NCBI GenBank assembly: GCA_963733035.1
Contig: CAVTBU010000005.1
Location: forward strand, 96,001 to 160,000
Length of the DNA: 64,000 bases
Origin: Pirellulales bacterium
GTDB lineage: Bacteria > Planctomycetota > Planctomycetia > Pirellulales > PALSA-1355
Reading direction: 5' to 3'
A program made the translations under genes and the position numbers. The notes under the pieces were generated by a model that made no database searches, was not told where the DNA came from, and was given only the letters and a program-made list of their open reading frames with translations. Shown one piece after another: positions 21,820 to 30,399 of the stretch; positions within the stretch are counted from its first letter, which is position 1; every line of letters begins with the position of its first letter.

Positions 21820-22497
21820 CAAGTCCCTCGATAACGTTTGCAATTTGCTTTGCAGCCTGCCTTGCCATTTCCAACCAATGCTTCCGCTCCTCGTCGTCTG
21901 GCTCGTTGTCTTGGAGGTTTTCGGCGAGCCATTCCCGCGGCTAACCATCTGCGCAAGACGCATCCCGAAGCTATCTGGATCCTCTTTGGGAGGGGCGGGT
22001 AATGTGGCTTTGGTTTCACCGTTTTTGCTGTTGCGGTCGCGGTTCGCGCTCGTGTCACTTGAGCGATCGGGCTTCTCCGGCTTCTCTTTGCCGGTTGGAA
22101 TGTCAAATCGCTCGTACGCCTGCTGGATCGTCAGTCCCTCGATTTCCGATTCCGACGAAGCGCGTTCGAACAACTGGCGCGCACGACAATCTGTAGCCGC
22201 GCTGACATTCAGCCTTTTTAGAAAAGATGCCCACTCGCCGTGTTTGACTTTCTTCCGCGCGAAGGCGAGTGCTCGCCCAAGGCGGTAGGTATGAACCGCC
22301 AACCGTTTTTCGTAGCTGAACACGGCTTGGTGCTCGTGTGTGATCTCGGTTTCCAGGTCTTCGAGCGACCATGTGTCGTCGGGGACAAATCTTTCAGCGT
22401 GAAACGTTTTCGGTTTCGTCCTTTTTGTTTTCGCAATCATTCCATTTCCGTTTCGAGAAGTGGCATTTGCTAACGGTGCGGGTTTCGCCATGCTCAA
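21809..22497 (-). CDS. DUF3102-like phage/ICE protein, probably frameshifted near 21935
   Basis: LGRALAFARKKVKHGEWASFL resembles DUF3102. The alternative frame EWLAENLQ...IANVIEGLDVE* ends overlapping the MTase ATG. Confidence 0.55.
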
Positions 22498-22586
22498 TTT
22501 CCGTTCACCGAGAGGGGCTCTCCCTGTCAGGGAACGGTTGATCCAATCCTTTTCGGCTAGATCGCTGAGATTGGTTCCGACGGTTG

Positions 22587-23117
22587 CTAACCATCGATTG
22601 CTACCGCCTGACTGACCTTTTGCTCTGCATCGAGTGCCGCGGATTCCTTGATTCGCTCCACGCGGTCTTCGGTCTGCTCAAGCAAGCGATACCGGAAGCC
22701 ACCAAATTCACCGCCAACGTGCCGCTCTCGGCTTTTAGAAATCCATCCAAGGACCACTAGTTCTTGTAGAGCGGCTCCAGCAGTGTTGCGATTGCAGCCA
22801 CACGCACGAGCGAGCGCGCCTACGGTCCAAACTGCCTGCAGCGCAGTTACGCGATCGCCGTGGATTTCCTCGCGTTTCGTCGCCCTTGGCTCTATGGAAG
22901 AGTGCGGTTCGCTCTCCTCGCATTCCGCAGGGCCAGCGACGGCGTGGACTGTCTCGGACCCGCAGGAGTCAACCGTCAAAGAGGCGCGTGGAACGCCGAA
23001 TCTGATGGCGTGCTGGAGCAGAGCGATCAGCACTTGAAAGATTCGAGGCGACGCTAAGTTGAAGCCGGGCGTGCCCGGCTTCGGCAAGTAGCATAGAACA
23101 TTCGACGGCGAGCGCAT
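22587..23117 (-). CDS. Winged-HTH protein (regulator or replication protein)
   Basis: WTVGALARACGCNRNTAGAALQELVVLGWI...YRL. GGGAGG RBS. Confidence 0.7.
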   Translation of the reverse strand: MRSPSNVLCYLPKPGTPGFNLASPRIFQVLIALLQHAIRFGVPRASLTVDSCGSETVHAVAGPAECEESEPHSSIEPRATKREEIHGDRVTALQAVWTVGALARACGCNRNTAGAALQELVVLGWISKSRERHVGGEFGGFRYRLLEQTEDRVERIKESAALDAEQKVSQAVAIDG

Positions 23118-23118
23118 G

Positions 23119-23156
23119 AAAAAAGACCTCCCATTGCAGTGGTGGGGGAGGTCTTT
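23119..23156 (-). terminator. Terminator-like hairpin containing the RBS of the downstream gene
   Basis: Minus strand AAAGACCTCCC-N13-GGGAGGTC-TTTTTT-C-ATG. Confidence 0.65.
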
Positions 23157-23910
23157 GTTAGGTCGATATTCAGATATTTAGTCGATATTACGCTTATTGG
23201 CAGTCACGGTCCGAACAAGAAATCAGGACACCGGAGGGCAGGAAAATAATATCGACCTCGCCCGTATCAGATTGTGGTGCCGATGACGTTCGGCGACGTT
23301 GTTGTACCTCAGCGGTTGACCATCGATTCGTTCACTTCGATAGCAATTATATGCCAATTTTTTCGATTGTAAAGTGAACCAAGCGTTTTTCCATCTACCA
23401 TGCACAATTGGCTGTGCACCGCCAACGACAAAACAGTGAGGAGGCATCCTCGCTGCGACTGGCTATGATACGTGAACCAAGCATTGCATCCGACGCGTAG
23501 TGGTGCGCCAATCAAGGCATCTCCATGCGCATGATAGCGTGCGTGGTGATCTGGCGAACCTAACGTCGAGATGTTTAGCGAGCGCCACCACAATTGGAGA
23601 CACTGGCATCCAATCGCGGTCGCGGCGCCTCACGATGAAACGGTCGTGGTCGTCGGATGACGCGACTCCAGTTGTGATCTGTTCCGCCGACCTCGGTGTC
23701 CATTGTGTTACAACGGCAGGACTGGTCACGGCAATCGCCGCGATCTGAAAACAACTTTTCGGAATGTCATCTTTAGCGCGGTAATATTTCTGGCCAGCCA
23801 ATCGACATGCTCATCCGACGTAGCGAGCCCCAACCGACGATGGGCCGCTGAGGAATCAAGTTGTCGTTGGTCGGCGAAGCTCGGGATCCCTATCGGAGAT
23901 AAGTCGACCT

Positions 23911-23977
23911 TGTCAGGTCTTTCTCACGCCAGTGTCAGGTACGGTGTCAGGTATTCGGTGACCGCAGATCCTGACAC
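23911..23977. repeat. TGTCAGGT x3 plus one inverted copy (possible integrase arm-type sites)
   Basis: Copies at 23911, 23933 and 23945, and CCTGACAC at 23970. Confidence 0.6.
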
Positions 23978-24037
23978 GTTCTGTAAGTGACTGAAGCGAC
24001 ACATGTTAAGGAGTCAACGGAAGCGACCTCTCGGAGA

Positions 24038-24051
24038 CCCGCCGCCTCCAC
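24038..24051 (+). other. tmRNA-like 3'-end fragment, putative attR
   Basis: CCCGC-CGCCTCC-A-C fits a T-stem strand, an acceptor strand with U70 of the Ala identity pair and discriminator A. There is no TTCGA T-loop upstream. Confidence 0.55.
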
Positions 24052-24075
24052 TTTTTGGCAGTTTTTCCGCCAGAT

Positions 24076-24125
24076 GACACCGAGTGCTCCTCGGTGTCGT
24101 AACCCCTGTCAGAGCAGGGGTTTTT
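24076..24125 (+). terminator. Twin hairpins, the second an intrinsic terminator
   Basis: GACACCGAG-N5-CTCGGTGTC, then AACCCCTG-N6-CAGGGGTT running into a T tract. Confidence 0.65.
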
Positions 24126-24401
24126 CGTTCACGCAGTCGCGTGCGATTGCTGCGCGGCCTCTCGGGTCGCTTGTGACGACCACATCCTCGCCCACCTGCG
24201 CTTGCCAAGTATCCCGTTTCGTACGCAGCCCGGCCCAAACTAACTGCAACAACAAAGCGTCGTTTAGACCCCACAGCGCGAGCGAGAGTCGCGCCGTTTT
24301 TCCACCGCAAGTTACTTCGACGCAGTTATCGGCTTTCCAGAACAGCCACTCCTGGACGACGCCGTTTCTGTTGCAAGAGAATCGCAGCCAGGGCTGAGGA
24401 C

Positions 24402-25403
24402 CTACGCCGTCACCCTTTCAGCCTCTTGCCAGCGAACGGCGAGCGTTGCCCACAAGCGCCACACGCTTGGGTCGCGGCGAATCATGCACTCGATCGCGAT
24501 ACCGATCATTAACGCCGCAAGCGAACGTGCCGCGTCGCTTTTCGAATCCATGTCATCGAAGGGCAGCGGGCGTCCAAACTGAACCCGAACTTCGCCGTCG
24601 TCTAGCGGCCATTTCCGGGCGACGGTGACAGGAACCACTGCGGCCCCCGTCCGCAAGGCGAGCGAGACGGCGGCGCTGGCGATCAGGATCGGACCTCCGA
24701 GCAACGTCGACAAGATGCCGGGTGTGCCGGGATAGAGAAAGTCCGCATAGATTGCCACGCACCCACCCGAACTCAATCGCGTCAACATCGGTCGTAAGGC
24801 GGCGGCAGTCGTTGGCAGCAGTTCCACGCGATCTCGCAATCCGTCCAACAACAGTGAGCTGTGTGGTGCGCTGCGATCGCCCAGATTGGCCACGGCACTT
24901 AGCCCTAGCCGTTTCCACGCGCCGTGCATAAAGCCGAACCCGGGGTGACTTTGATGCACCGACAGGGCAATAACGCCGCGCCCGCGGTCGAGCGCCTTGC
25001 GCAAATGCGTTTCGCCAGCAACCGTCACGTTGTCCCACGGATGGCCGTCCCTGGCGTATCGAAAATCCACGACATCCGACAAGTTTACAAACAGCGATTG
25101 CGTATGACGTCGCAGTATCTCGGCCAATTCGGCATCCGACCAGACGTGGTCCAGGCCTTGCGTGTTCGCGCGTAAGAACGACGCATATCCTCCGCAATCG
25201 CTATCGAAAGCGGCGGCTCCCAACTCGGCCAGCCAGGCGCGACGCTCCACGGCCGGCATCGCGCGACTCGCCGCGAGCCAATCCTCGTCGACGAGCCAAT
25301 TCCACAACAGCCGAGGCAGCGCATTCATGGCGTCCGCCGAACTGAGATTGGCAAGATCGCACCGCACGCGCCGGTCGACCCGCTCACTCGTGCCGTTCTG
25401 CAT
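24402..25403 (-). CDS. LPLAT-superfamily (LpxL/HtrB-like) acyltransferase
   Basis: GETHLRKALDRGRGVIALSVH, VAIYAD, LALRTGAAVVPV and IRRDPSVWRLW. Overlaps the rSAM stop by 20 bp. Confidence 0.85.
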   Translation of the reverse strand: MQNGTSERVDRRVRCDLANLSSADAMNALPRLLWNWLVDEDWLAASRAMPAVERRAWLAELGAAAFDSDCGGYASFLRANTQGLDHVWSDAELAEILRRHTQSLFVNLSDVVDFRYARDGHPWDNVTVAGETHLRKALDRGRGVIALSVHQSHPGFGFMHGAWKRLGLSAVANLGDRSAPHSSLLLDGLRDRVELLPTTAAALRPMLTRLSSGGCVAIYADFLYPGTPGILSTLLGGPILIASAAVSLALRTGAAVVPVTVARKWPLDDGEVRVQFGRPLPFDDMDSKSDAARSLAALMIGIAIECMIRRDPSVWRLWATLAVRWQEAERVTA

Positions 25404-26796
25404 ATCGTATTAGCCGATCTGACGCCGCGAGGCGGCGGAAAATTTCCGGAAATAACGCCAGCGAAAGCGAGCATGTCACCGGGTCAACACTATCCAGGCT
25501 CGCGCGTGCCAGGCATGTTCCACCGCAGAAGACACGCCAATCGCAATCGCGACATTGTGTCAGCGAGTCCGCGCTACGAGCCCGGATGGAGGCCGCCCGG
25601 TCCGACGAAAGGCTCGCCGCCAAACCACCGGCGCGGATGTGTCCCAGATCCAACGTGCGATCCTTGATGCAATCGCACGACCTCACTGTCCCGTCGGCGG
25701 CCACCGAAACCAGATCGGCGGCGGCTCCACAGCCGTTGCGCAAACAAAAGCTTTCGCGCCGGTACGACAATACGTTGCGCAAATAGCGTAGCACCGGGCG
25801 AACGGCCAAGTCGTCGAACTCGCCCTGTTCCACGGCATCCAGTAACTTCAGATGCGCGGCGATCAACTCGTTGTCGTCCGGTGCGTAATCTTCGGGCCCT
25901 GTGGCCCCTCGCCCGCCCGCGTCAAACATCGTGGCGTCCCATTGGCGCACACCAAGGTCGCGCACATAGTGGGCAACGTCGATCAGGTGCTCGACATTTG
26001 CTCGCGTGATGGTCGTCAGAACGCCGATTTTCGGAACCAGCTCCGGAAAATCACGTAGGGCCTGTTCGATTGACTCGTGACTTCCTTGGCCGGCGTGATC
26101 GACCCGCCATCGATCATTCAACTCGGCCGGTCCGTCGAGCGATATCCCAACGCCAATCTTCTCCCGGAGAAGGAAGTCGACCGTCTCGCGCGTAAATCGC
26201 GTACCGTTTGTTTGCAAGCTGAAACCAACGGTCTTGCCGCGCTGGGCCGCGGCACGGCGTGCGTATTCCGTCAGATGCACCAGTTCCGGGAACGCTAGCA
26301 GAGGTTCGCCGCCGTGGTACAAGAGCGTCAATTGCTCGCCGGCCAAATCAAGCGCCTCATCGATCGCCCGCTCGGCGACCTCAATGGGAAGCTTGTGGTG
26401 ATACGTGTCTGGGTCGAAGTCATAACAATAGGCGCAAGCCAGATTGCAGTACCCAACCAGTTTCAACAACAGCGTCTGGAGCGGGCCGCCCGTATGCACG
26501 AAGCGCGCTTCGGTAAACGCCGTGCGTCCGTCGCGCTCCAGCAACCCACTTTCGAACAGTCTGCCCAGCAAAGGTTCGTGGGCGGGCTGGCGGTCGTCCA
26601 TCAGCCCAAGTTCAACCGCCTGCACCAATCCGATAAACTCCGGCATTTTCTCCTGCGGAAGAATTGCCCACGACCCACTGGGAGGGTGTAGCAACAAAAC
26701 CTGGCCGCCGGGAATCGCGCGACGACGTATCGGGCGAACAAATCGCCAGCGCGCCTTCCGCGCCAAGGACTCCCACGGTACAAACGCGACAGCCAT
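25384..26796 (-). CDS. Radical SAM/SPASM maturase with RRE-like N-terminus
   Basis: CNLACAYC, YHGGEPLL, LQTNG, GISLDG, and SPASM CLRNGCGA...CDC...CRDCDWRVFCGGTC...C. The ~85-aa N-terminal extension ends LLGRLFESGLL. Confidence 0.92.
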   Translation of the reverse strand: MAVAFVPWESLARKARWRFVRPIRRRAIPGGQVLLLHPPSGSWAILPQEKMPEFIGLVQAVELGLMDDRQPAHEPLLGRLFESGLLERDGRTAFTEARFVHTGGPLQTLLLKLVGYCNLACAYCYDFDPDTYHHKLPIEVAERAIDEALDLAGEQLTLLYHGGEPLLAFPELVHLTEYARRAAAQRGKTVGFSLQTNGTRFTRETVDFLLREKIGVGISLDGPAELNDRWRVDHAGQGSHESIEQALRDFPELVPKIGVLTTITRANVEHLIDVAHYVRDLGVRQWDATMFDAGGRGATGPEDYAPDDNELIAAHLKLLDAVEQGEFDDLAVRPVLRYLRNVLSYRRESFCLRNGCGAAADLVSVAADGTVRSCDCIKDRTLDLGHIRAGGLAASLSSDRAASIRARSADSLTQCRDCDWRVFCGGTCLARASLDSVDPVTCSLSLALFPEIFRRLAASDRLIRYAERHE

Positions 26797-26798
26797 GG

Positions 26799-27089
26799 TC
26801 AGCCCTCGCACAGCTTCCAATAGCCCGCCTTGCGGGACAGATCGCTGTCTTTCTTCTTCAGCTTATTGATGTCCGCTGCTTTCAGCGTGCCCTGCGTGAA
26901 CACCACATGGGTCATGTCGTACTCACCGTCGTGTCCAAACACAGCGCGCACCGTGTCGTCGAGGAACTTCTGGTCGGTTGCCTTGACCGCCATCACCCGG
27001 TTGTAGAGGTCACTGGGCAATTTAATCTCGATCGTGGATTCAACCTTCGGTTGGGAGGATCGTTTTGGCGATTTCTTCTTTTTCCCCAT
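26799..27089 (-). CDS. Putative RiPP precursor peptide (96 aa)
   Basis: Lys-rich ORF ending KAGYWKLCEG. Stop lies 2 bp before the rSAM ATG. AAAGGGA RBS and promoter upstream. Confidence 0.7.
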   Translation of the reverse strand: MGKKKKSPKRSSQPKVESTIEIKLPSDLYNRVMAVKATDQKFLDDTVRAVFGHDGEYDMTHVVFTQGTLKAADINKLKKKDSDLSRKAGYWKLCEG

Positions 27090-27136
27090 TGCGGGCATCC
27101 CTTTCATAGACAAAACCATCGGGAGTGGTAGGACAA

Positions 27137-27191
27137 CGGGCCCCTCTGCAAGGGCCCGCTAAGTGTGGGGTAGCAACCAGCCCGATGTCAA
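27137..27191 (-). promoter_or_regulatory. Sigma70-like promoter and 5' leader hairpin
   Basis: TTGACA (27191-27186), 18-nt spacer, CACACT (27167-27162), then CGGGCCC-N8-GGGCCCG. Confidence 0.55.
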
Positions 27192-27240
27192 GCAATTTCT
27201 TTTGAGGCCGCTGCTCGCGGGAAGCAACTCGGCTGCGTGC

Positions 27241-29793
27241 CTACCGCCCGGGCGGCGGCGATTGCCCCAACACCTCGGCCGCTTCGCCGTACAGGCGGCG
27301 GATCTGCCGCAAATGACGCGGCGCTTGAGCCCATTGGCTGCCCCGTGAATACCAGTCGAGGGCCTCGTCGCGACTGCCCAGCTGCCAGAGCGACATTGCC
27401 AGGTAGAACCAGTCCCAAGCATCGCCACCTTCCCGCAAGTCGATGCTTTTCCGAATTGCATCGACGGCGTCTTGCCACTGCCCCGACCGGTAATACGCCA
27501 CAGCCAGTGTGTTCCACGCTTCGGCGTCCCTGGGAGCCAGCTCGGTGGCCTGCCGGGCGAGTCGGCGTGCATCGTCCAGCCGGCGGACTTCGGGGTCCGC
27601 ATAGTTTGCCCAAAACCTCGCCGCGCGGTTGCATAGCTCGACGCTTTCGGGATATTCGGCCAGCGCGGCCGCGTAGATCGCCGCGGCCTCCTGGGGCTTG
27701 CTCGACTCCTCGTACATCTCGCCAACCGTACCAACGGCGATGGCCCACTCGTCGCGGTAAGTGGACGAGTCCGGGTGCGCGTCCATCAGGTCGTGCAACA
27801 GTTTCTCCGACTCTCGAACCTTTTCGATCGCTCGTTGACGGTCGCGCATCACCCACGTCGCCATGCCGAGGTAGTAGTCGAAACCGGCGAGGTCCTGGCG
27901 GAGCCCAGGAACTTCCGGCGCCCTTGAAACGAGCTGTTCCCAGATTTCGGCACCCCTGCGAATCGCCCTGAAGGATGCCAACGGATTGGACGGTGGCGCG
28001 GCACTTCGGCGGTTATACCGCGGTCCTCGAAATACACCACCAACCCAACTCGAGATTTGAGCGGCATCCACGCCGGATTCAAGTGATTGTTCCACCAGGT
28101 CCAAGCCCTGATTCAGCGATGCCAAGGAATCATCGCTGCGACCCAGCGTCATTTGTACTTGCGACAGCCGCAAATAAGCCGAGGCCACCTCGGCCTTGAC
28201 CACCGGATCATCCCCCTGCGTTTCGAGGAATTCCCTGTAATACCGCAAGGCTTGTTCCAATAGTTCATTGCGCAGCGGTTGTAGTTCTGGTTCGCCGAGC
28301 AACCGACTCTCACTGACGGTCGTCATATAGTCGTCCACGGCTCGGCGTGCGCGTTCGAAGTGCGCCTTGGCCCGAGTTCGTTCCTGCGAGGCGACTTCTC
28401 GTTGGCGAGCCTCGCGCGACAAGGCAAGTTGAGCCTCATTGCGTCGCTCGTCCGCTTCCTTCCTCGCCGCCGTTTCACGAACCAAGGCGGCCTGTGCTCG
28501 TTGATAGGCCAGCGACGACACGATGGTGCCGGAAACGAGCGCGGTGACCGTCAAACCGATCAGCAAGGCGAGGACGGGGTTGCGCCGCACCCAGCGCCAT
28601 GCGCGGCCCACGGAACCGACGGGCCGAGCCGCGATGGCGCGTCCTGCGAGAAACCGGCGCAAATCATCAGCCAGCTCTTGCGCCGTCTGGTAGCGCCGTG
28701 CGGCGTCCTTCTCCAGGCACTTCAGCACAATCGTTTCCAGATCGCGGGGGATCGTTCGATTGATGTTGCGCGGCGACGGCGCCTCGTCGTGGATAATCTG
28801 GTAGCTAACCGTTGCGGCGTCGCCGTGGAAAGGGCACTCGCCGGTCAGCATCTCGTACAGCGTGACTCCCAACGAGTAAACATCGGTGCGTCGGTCGGCC
28901 GACGCCGCTTGCCCTTTTGCCTGTTCGGGAGACATGTAGGAGGGCGTCCCGAGCAGTTCGCCATCGAGGGTCATCGTGCGACTGTCGTCCGCCCATTTGG
29001 CCAAGCCAAAGTCGGTGATATGCGGTTGATTGGCTTCATCCATGATGATGTTGCGCGGCTTTAGGTCGCGATGGACGACCCCACGTTGGTGCGCATGATC
29101 GAGCGCAACGGCGAGCTGCCGGCAGAGTTCAGCCGCGTCGCGCGGAGTCAACGGCGTCTTTGCCAGCCAGTCGCGCAAATTCTCACCGGCGATGTAAGCA
29201 GAGACGATGTAGGCCATCGCCCCGTCTCGCCCCACCTCATAGACCGGTACGATTCTTGGATGAGAAAGTTGCGCCGCGGCTCGACCTTCGCGCAGGAAAC
29301 GGTTTAGCTCATCGTCAGACAGGTAATGGGCTCGGGGAATCTTGATTGCAACGGTCCGCTGCAGTCGAGGGTCATTAGCCCGCCACACTTCGCCCGCCGC
29401 GCCGGCCCCAAGCAGCTCGAGCAGCTCGAAATGAGCGACCCTACGACGAACCGCTGGCGGCTCGGCGGCATCCGTGTTTTGGGACTCTGAAGCTACGGCG
29501 CGCTGCATGAACCTGGCTTGTTCGAGCTGCTCGGCAAACTCCGGAAACCGCGTCGAGTAGGCTTGCCATGCCCCTTCGTTGGTGCCGTTTTCACGCAACT
29601 CCATGTCGACTAGGACCAGCTCGACAAATAGGCGGCGGCGGTCGCCAGGATCGGATGCCGCGAGATACGCCGCCAGATCTGGCGCATCACCGGCCCGAAT
29701 CTGCCGTTCAAATCGGTCGCATAGGAGGTCAATGCGATCGTCGACCGTCAGCACGGACTGTTGCTCATTTCGTATCGAGGTCTCGTTCTGCAC
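27241..29793 (-). CDS. Ser/Thr protein kinase with transmembrane helix and TPR domain
   Basis: GAGAAGEVW, VAIKIPR, HRDLKPRN, DFGLAK, GTPSYMSPEQ, hydrophobic helix and TPR-like repeats. Confidence 0.94.
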   Translation of the reverse strand: MQNETSIRNEQQSVLTVDDRIDLLCDRFERQIRAGDAPDLAAYLAASDPGDRRRLFVELVLVDMELRENGTNEGAWQAYSTRFPEFAEQLEQARFMQRAVASESQNTDAAEPPAVRRRVAHFELLELLGAGAAGEVWRANDPRLQRTVAIKIPRAHYLSDDELNRFLREGRAAAQLSHPRIVPVYEVGRDGAMAYIVSAYIAGENLRDWLAKTPLTPRDAAELCRQLAVALDHAHQRGVVHRDLKPRNIIMDEANQPHITDFGLAKWADDSRTMTLDGELLGTPSYMSPEQAKGQAASADRRTDVYSLGVTLYEMLTGECPFHGDAATVSYQIIHDEAPSPRNINRTIPRDLETIVLKCLEKDAARRYQTAQELADDLRRFLAGRAIAARPVGSVGRAWRWVRRNPVLALLIGLTVTALVSGTIVSSLAYQRAQAALVRETAARKEADERRNEAQLALSREARQREVASQERTRAKAHFERARRAVDDYMTTVSESRLLGEPELQPLRNELLEQALRYYREFLETQGDDPVVKAEVASAYLRLSQVQMTLGRSDDSLASLNQGLDLVEQSLESGVDAAQISSWVGGVFRGPRYNRRSAAPPSNPLASFRAIRRGAEIWEQLVSRAPEVPGLRQDLAGFDYYLGMATWVMRDRQRAIEKVRESEKLLHDLMDAHPDSSTYRDEWAIAVGTVGEMYEESSKPQEAAAIYAAALAEYPESVELCNRAARFWANYADPEVRRLDDARRLARQATELAPRDAEAWNTLAVAYYRSGQWQDAVDAIRKSIDLREGGDAWDWFYLAMSLWQLGSRDEALDWYSRGSQWAQAPRHLRQIRRLYGEAAEVLGQSPPPGR

Positions 29794-30399
29794 GGATAAG
29801 TTCCCTGGTCCATGCGTCGCGAATTAATTGCAACTTGCGCTGGATCGACCGTGTGCTCAGCGCCAAACCCGCGGCAATCTCAGACACGGTGTATCCCTCG
29901 ATCCGGGACACCGCGATTTTCCGCAATTCGTCGTCGCGTAGCAAACCCATCAGGCGGCGGCTCTCTTCCGCAAACGCAACCAAATACTCCGGTGTTAGAG
30001 AATCCCCAATTAGTTGATCGAGACGTTGGCCATTCCCCGTGTGACTACCATCGACGAGTGCGGACTCAGAATGCACTTTACCGCCGCCGCGTTTCTTCGC
30101 CTTCTCTCGCCGAATAAGGTCGATGCTCTTTTGCCGTGTCATCGCCAACATTAGCCACCACAATTCATCGCGGTTTCTCACATCCTCAAAGCGGCCTGCC
30201 GCGGCGCCGCGACAAAGGCTGAAAAAGACGTTTTGGGCCACGTCCTCCTCATCGGCGACACTTTTTCGCGCGCGAGCCAACTCCGACATTGCGCCTCGAT
30301 CAACGGTGCGCGATACCTATCCCAGATTTTCTGAACTGCGTCCAACTCGCCTGCTTTGAGCGAGGCGATCCATTGACTGACCGAGTGCTGCGTTGGCAT
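29765..30399 (-). CDS. ECF sigma factor (kinase-associated), frameshifted near 30290
   Basis: MPTQHSVSQWIASLKAGE...QKIWDRY in one frame, and ADEEDVAQ...EGYTVSEIA...RSIQRKLQLIR in another. Confidence 0.85.

Larger units (their letters stand above)
3100..24051. mobile_element. Composite integrative element / genomic island (left boundary uncertain, may extend beyond the window start)
   Basis: Serine recombinase, excisionase-like HTH, rep-like gene with repeats, three orphan MTases, many small hypotheticals, and a tmRNA-like 3' fragment at the right end. Confidence 0.75.

Noticed and set aside
20962..22497. Genuine DUF3102-methyltransferase fusion (511-aa ORF)
   Set aside because: The linker looks out of frame. 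The alternative frame gives a helical C-terminus whose stop overlaps the MTase ATG, so two genes plus an indel is more likely.
23980..24055. Complete tRNA or tmRNA gene
   Set aside because: Only the last 14 nt fit. There is no T-loop or matching 5' acceptor strand.
24402..25403. Housekeeping lipid A acyltransferase lpxL
   Set aside because: There are no LPS genes nearby, the catalytic motif is atypical, and the gene overlaps an rSAM gene.
25384..26796. Anaerobic sulfatase maturase
   Set aside because: No sulfatase is adjacent, and it has an RRE-like extension and a coupled small ORF. Not fully excluded without a phylogeny.
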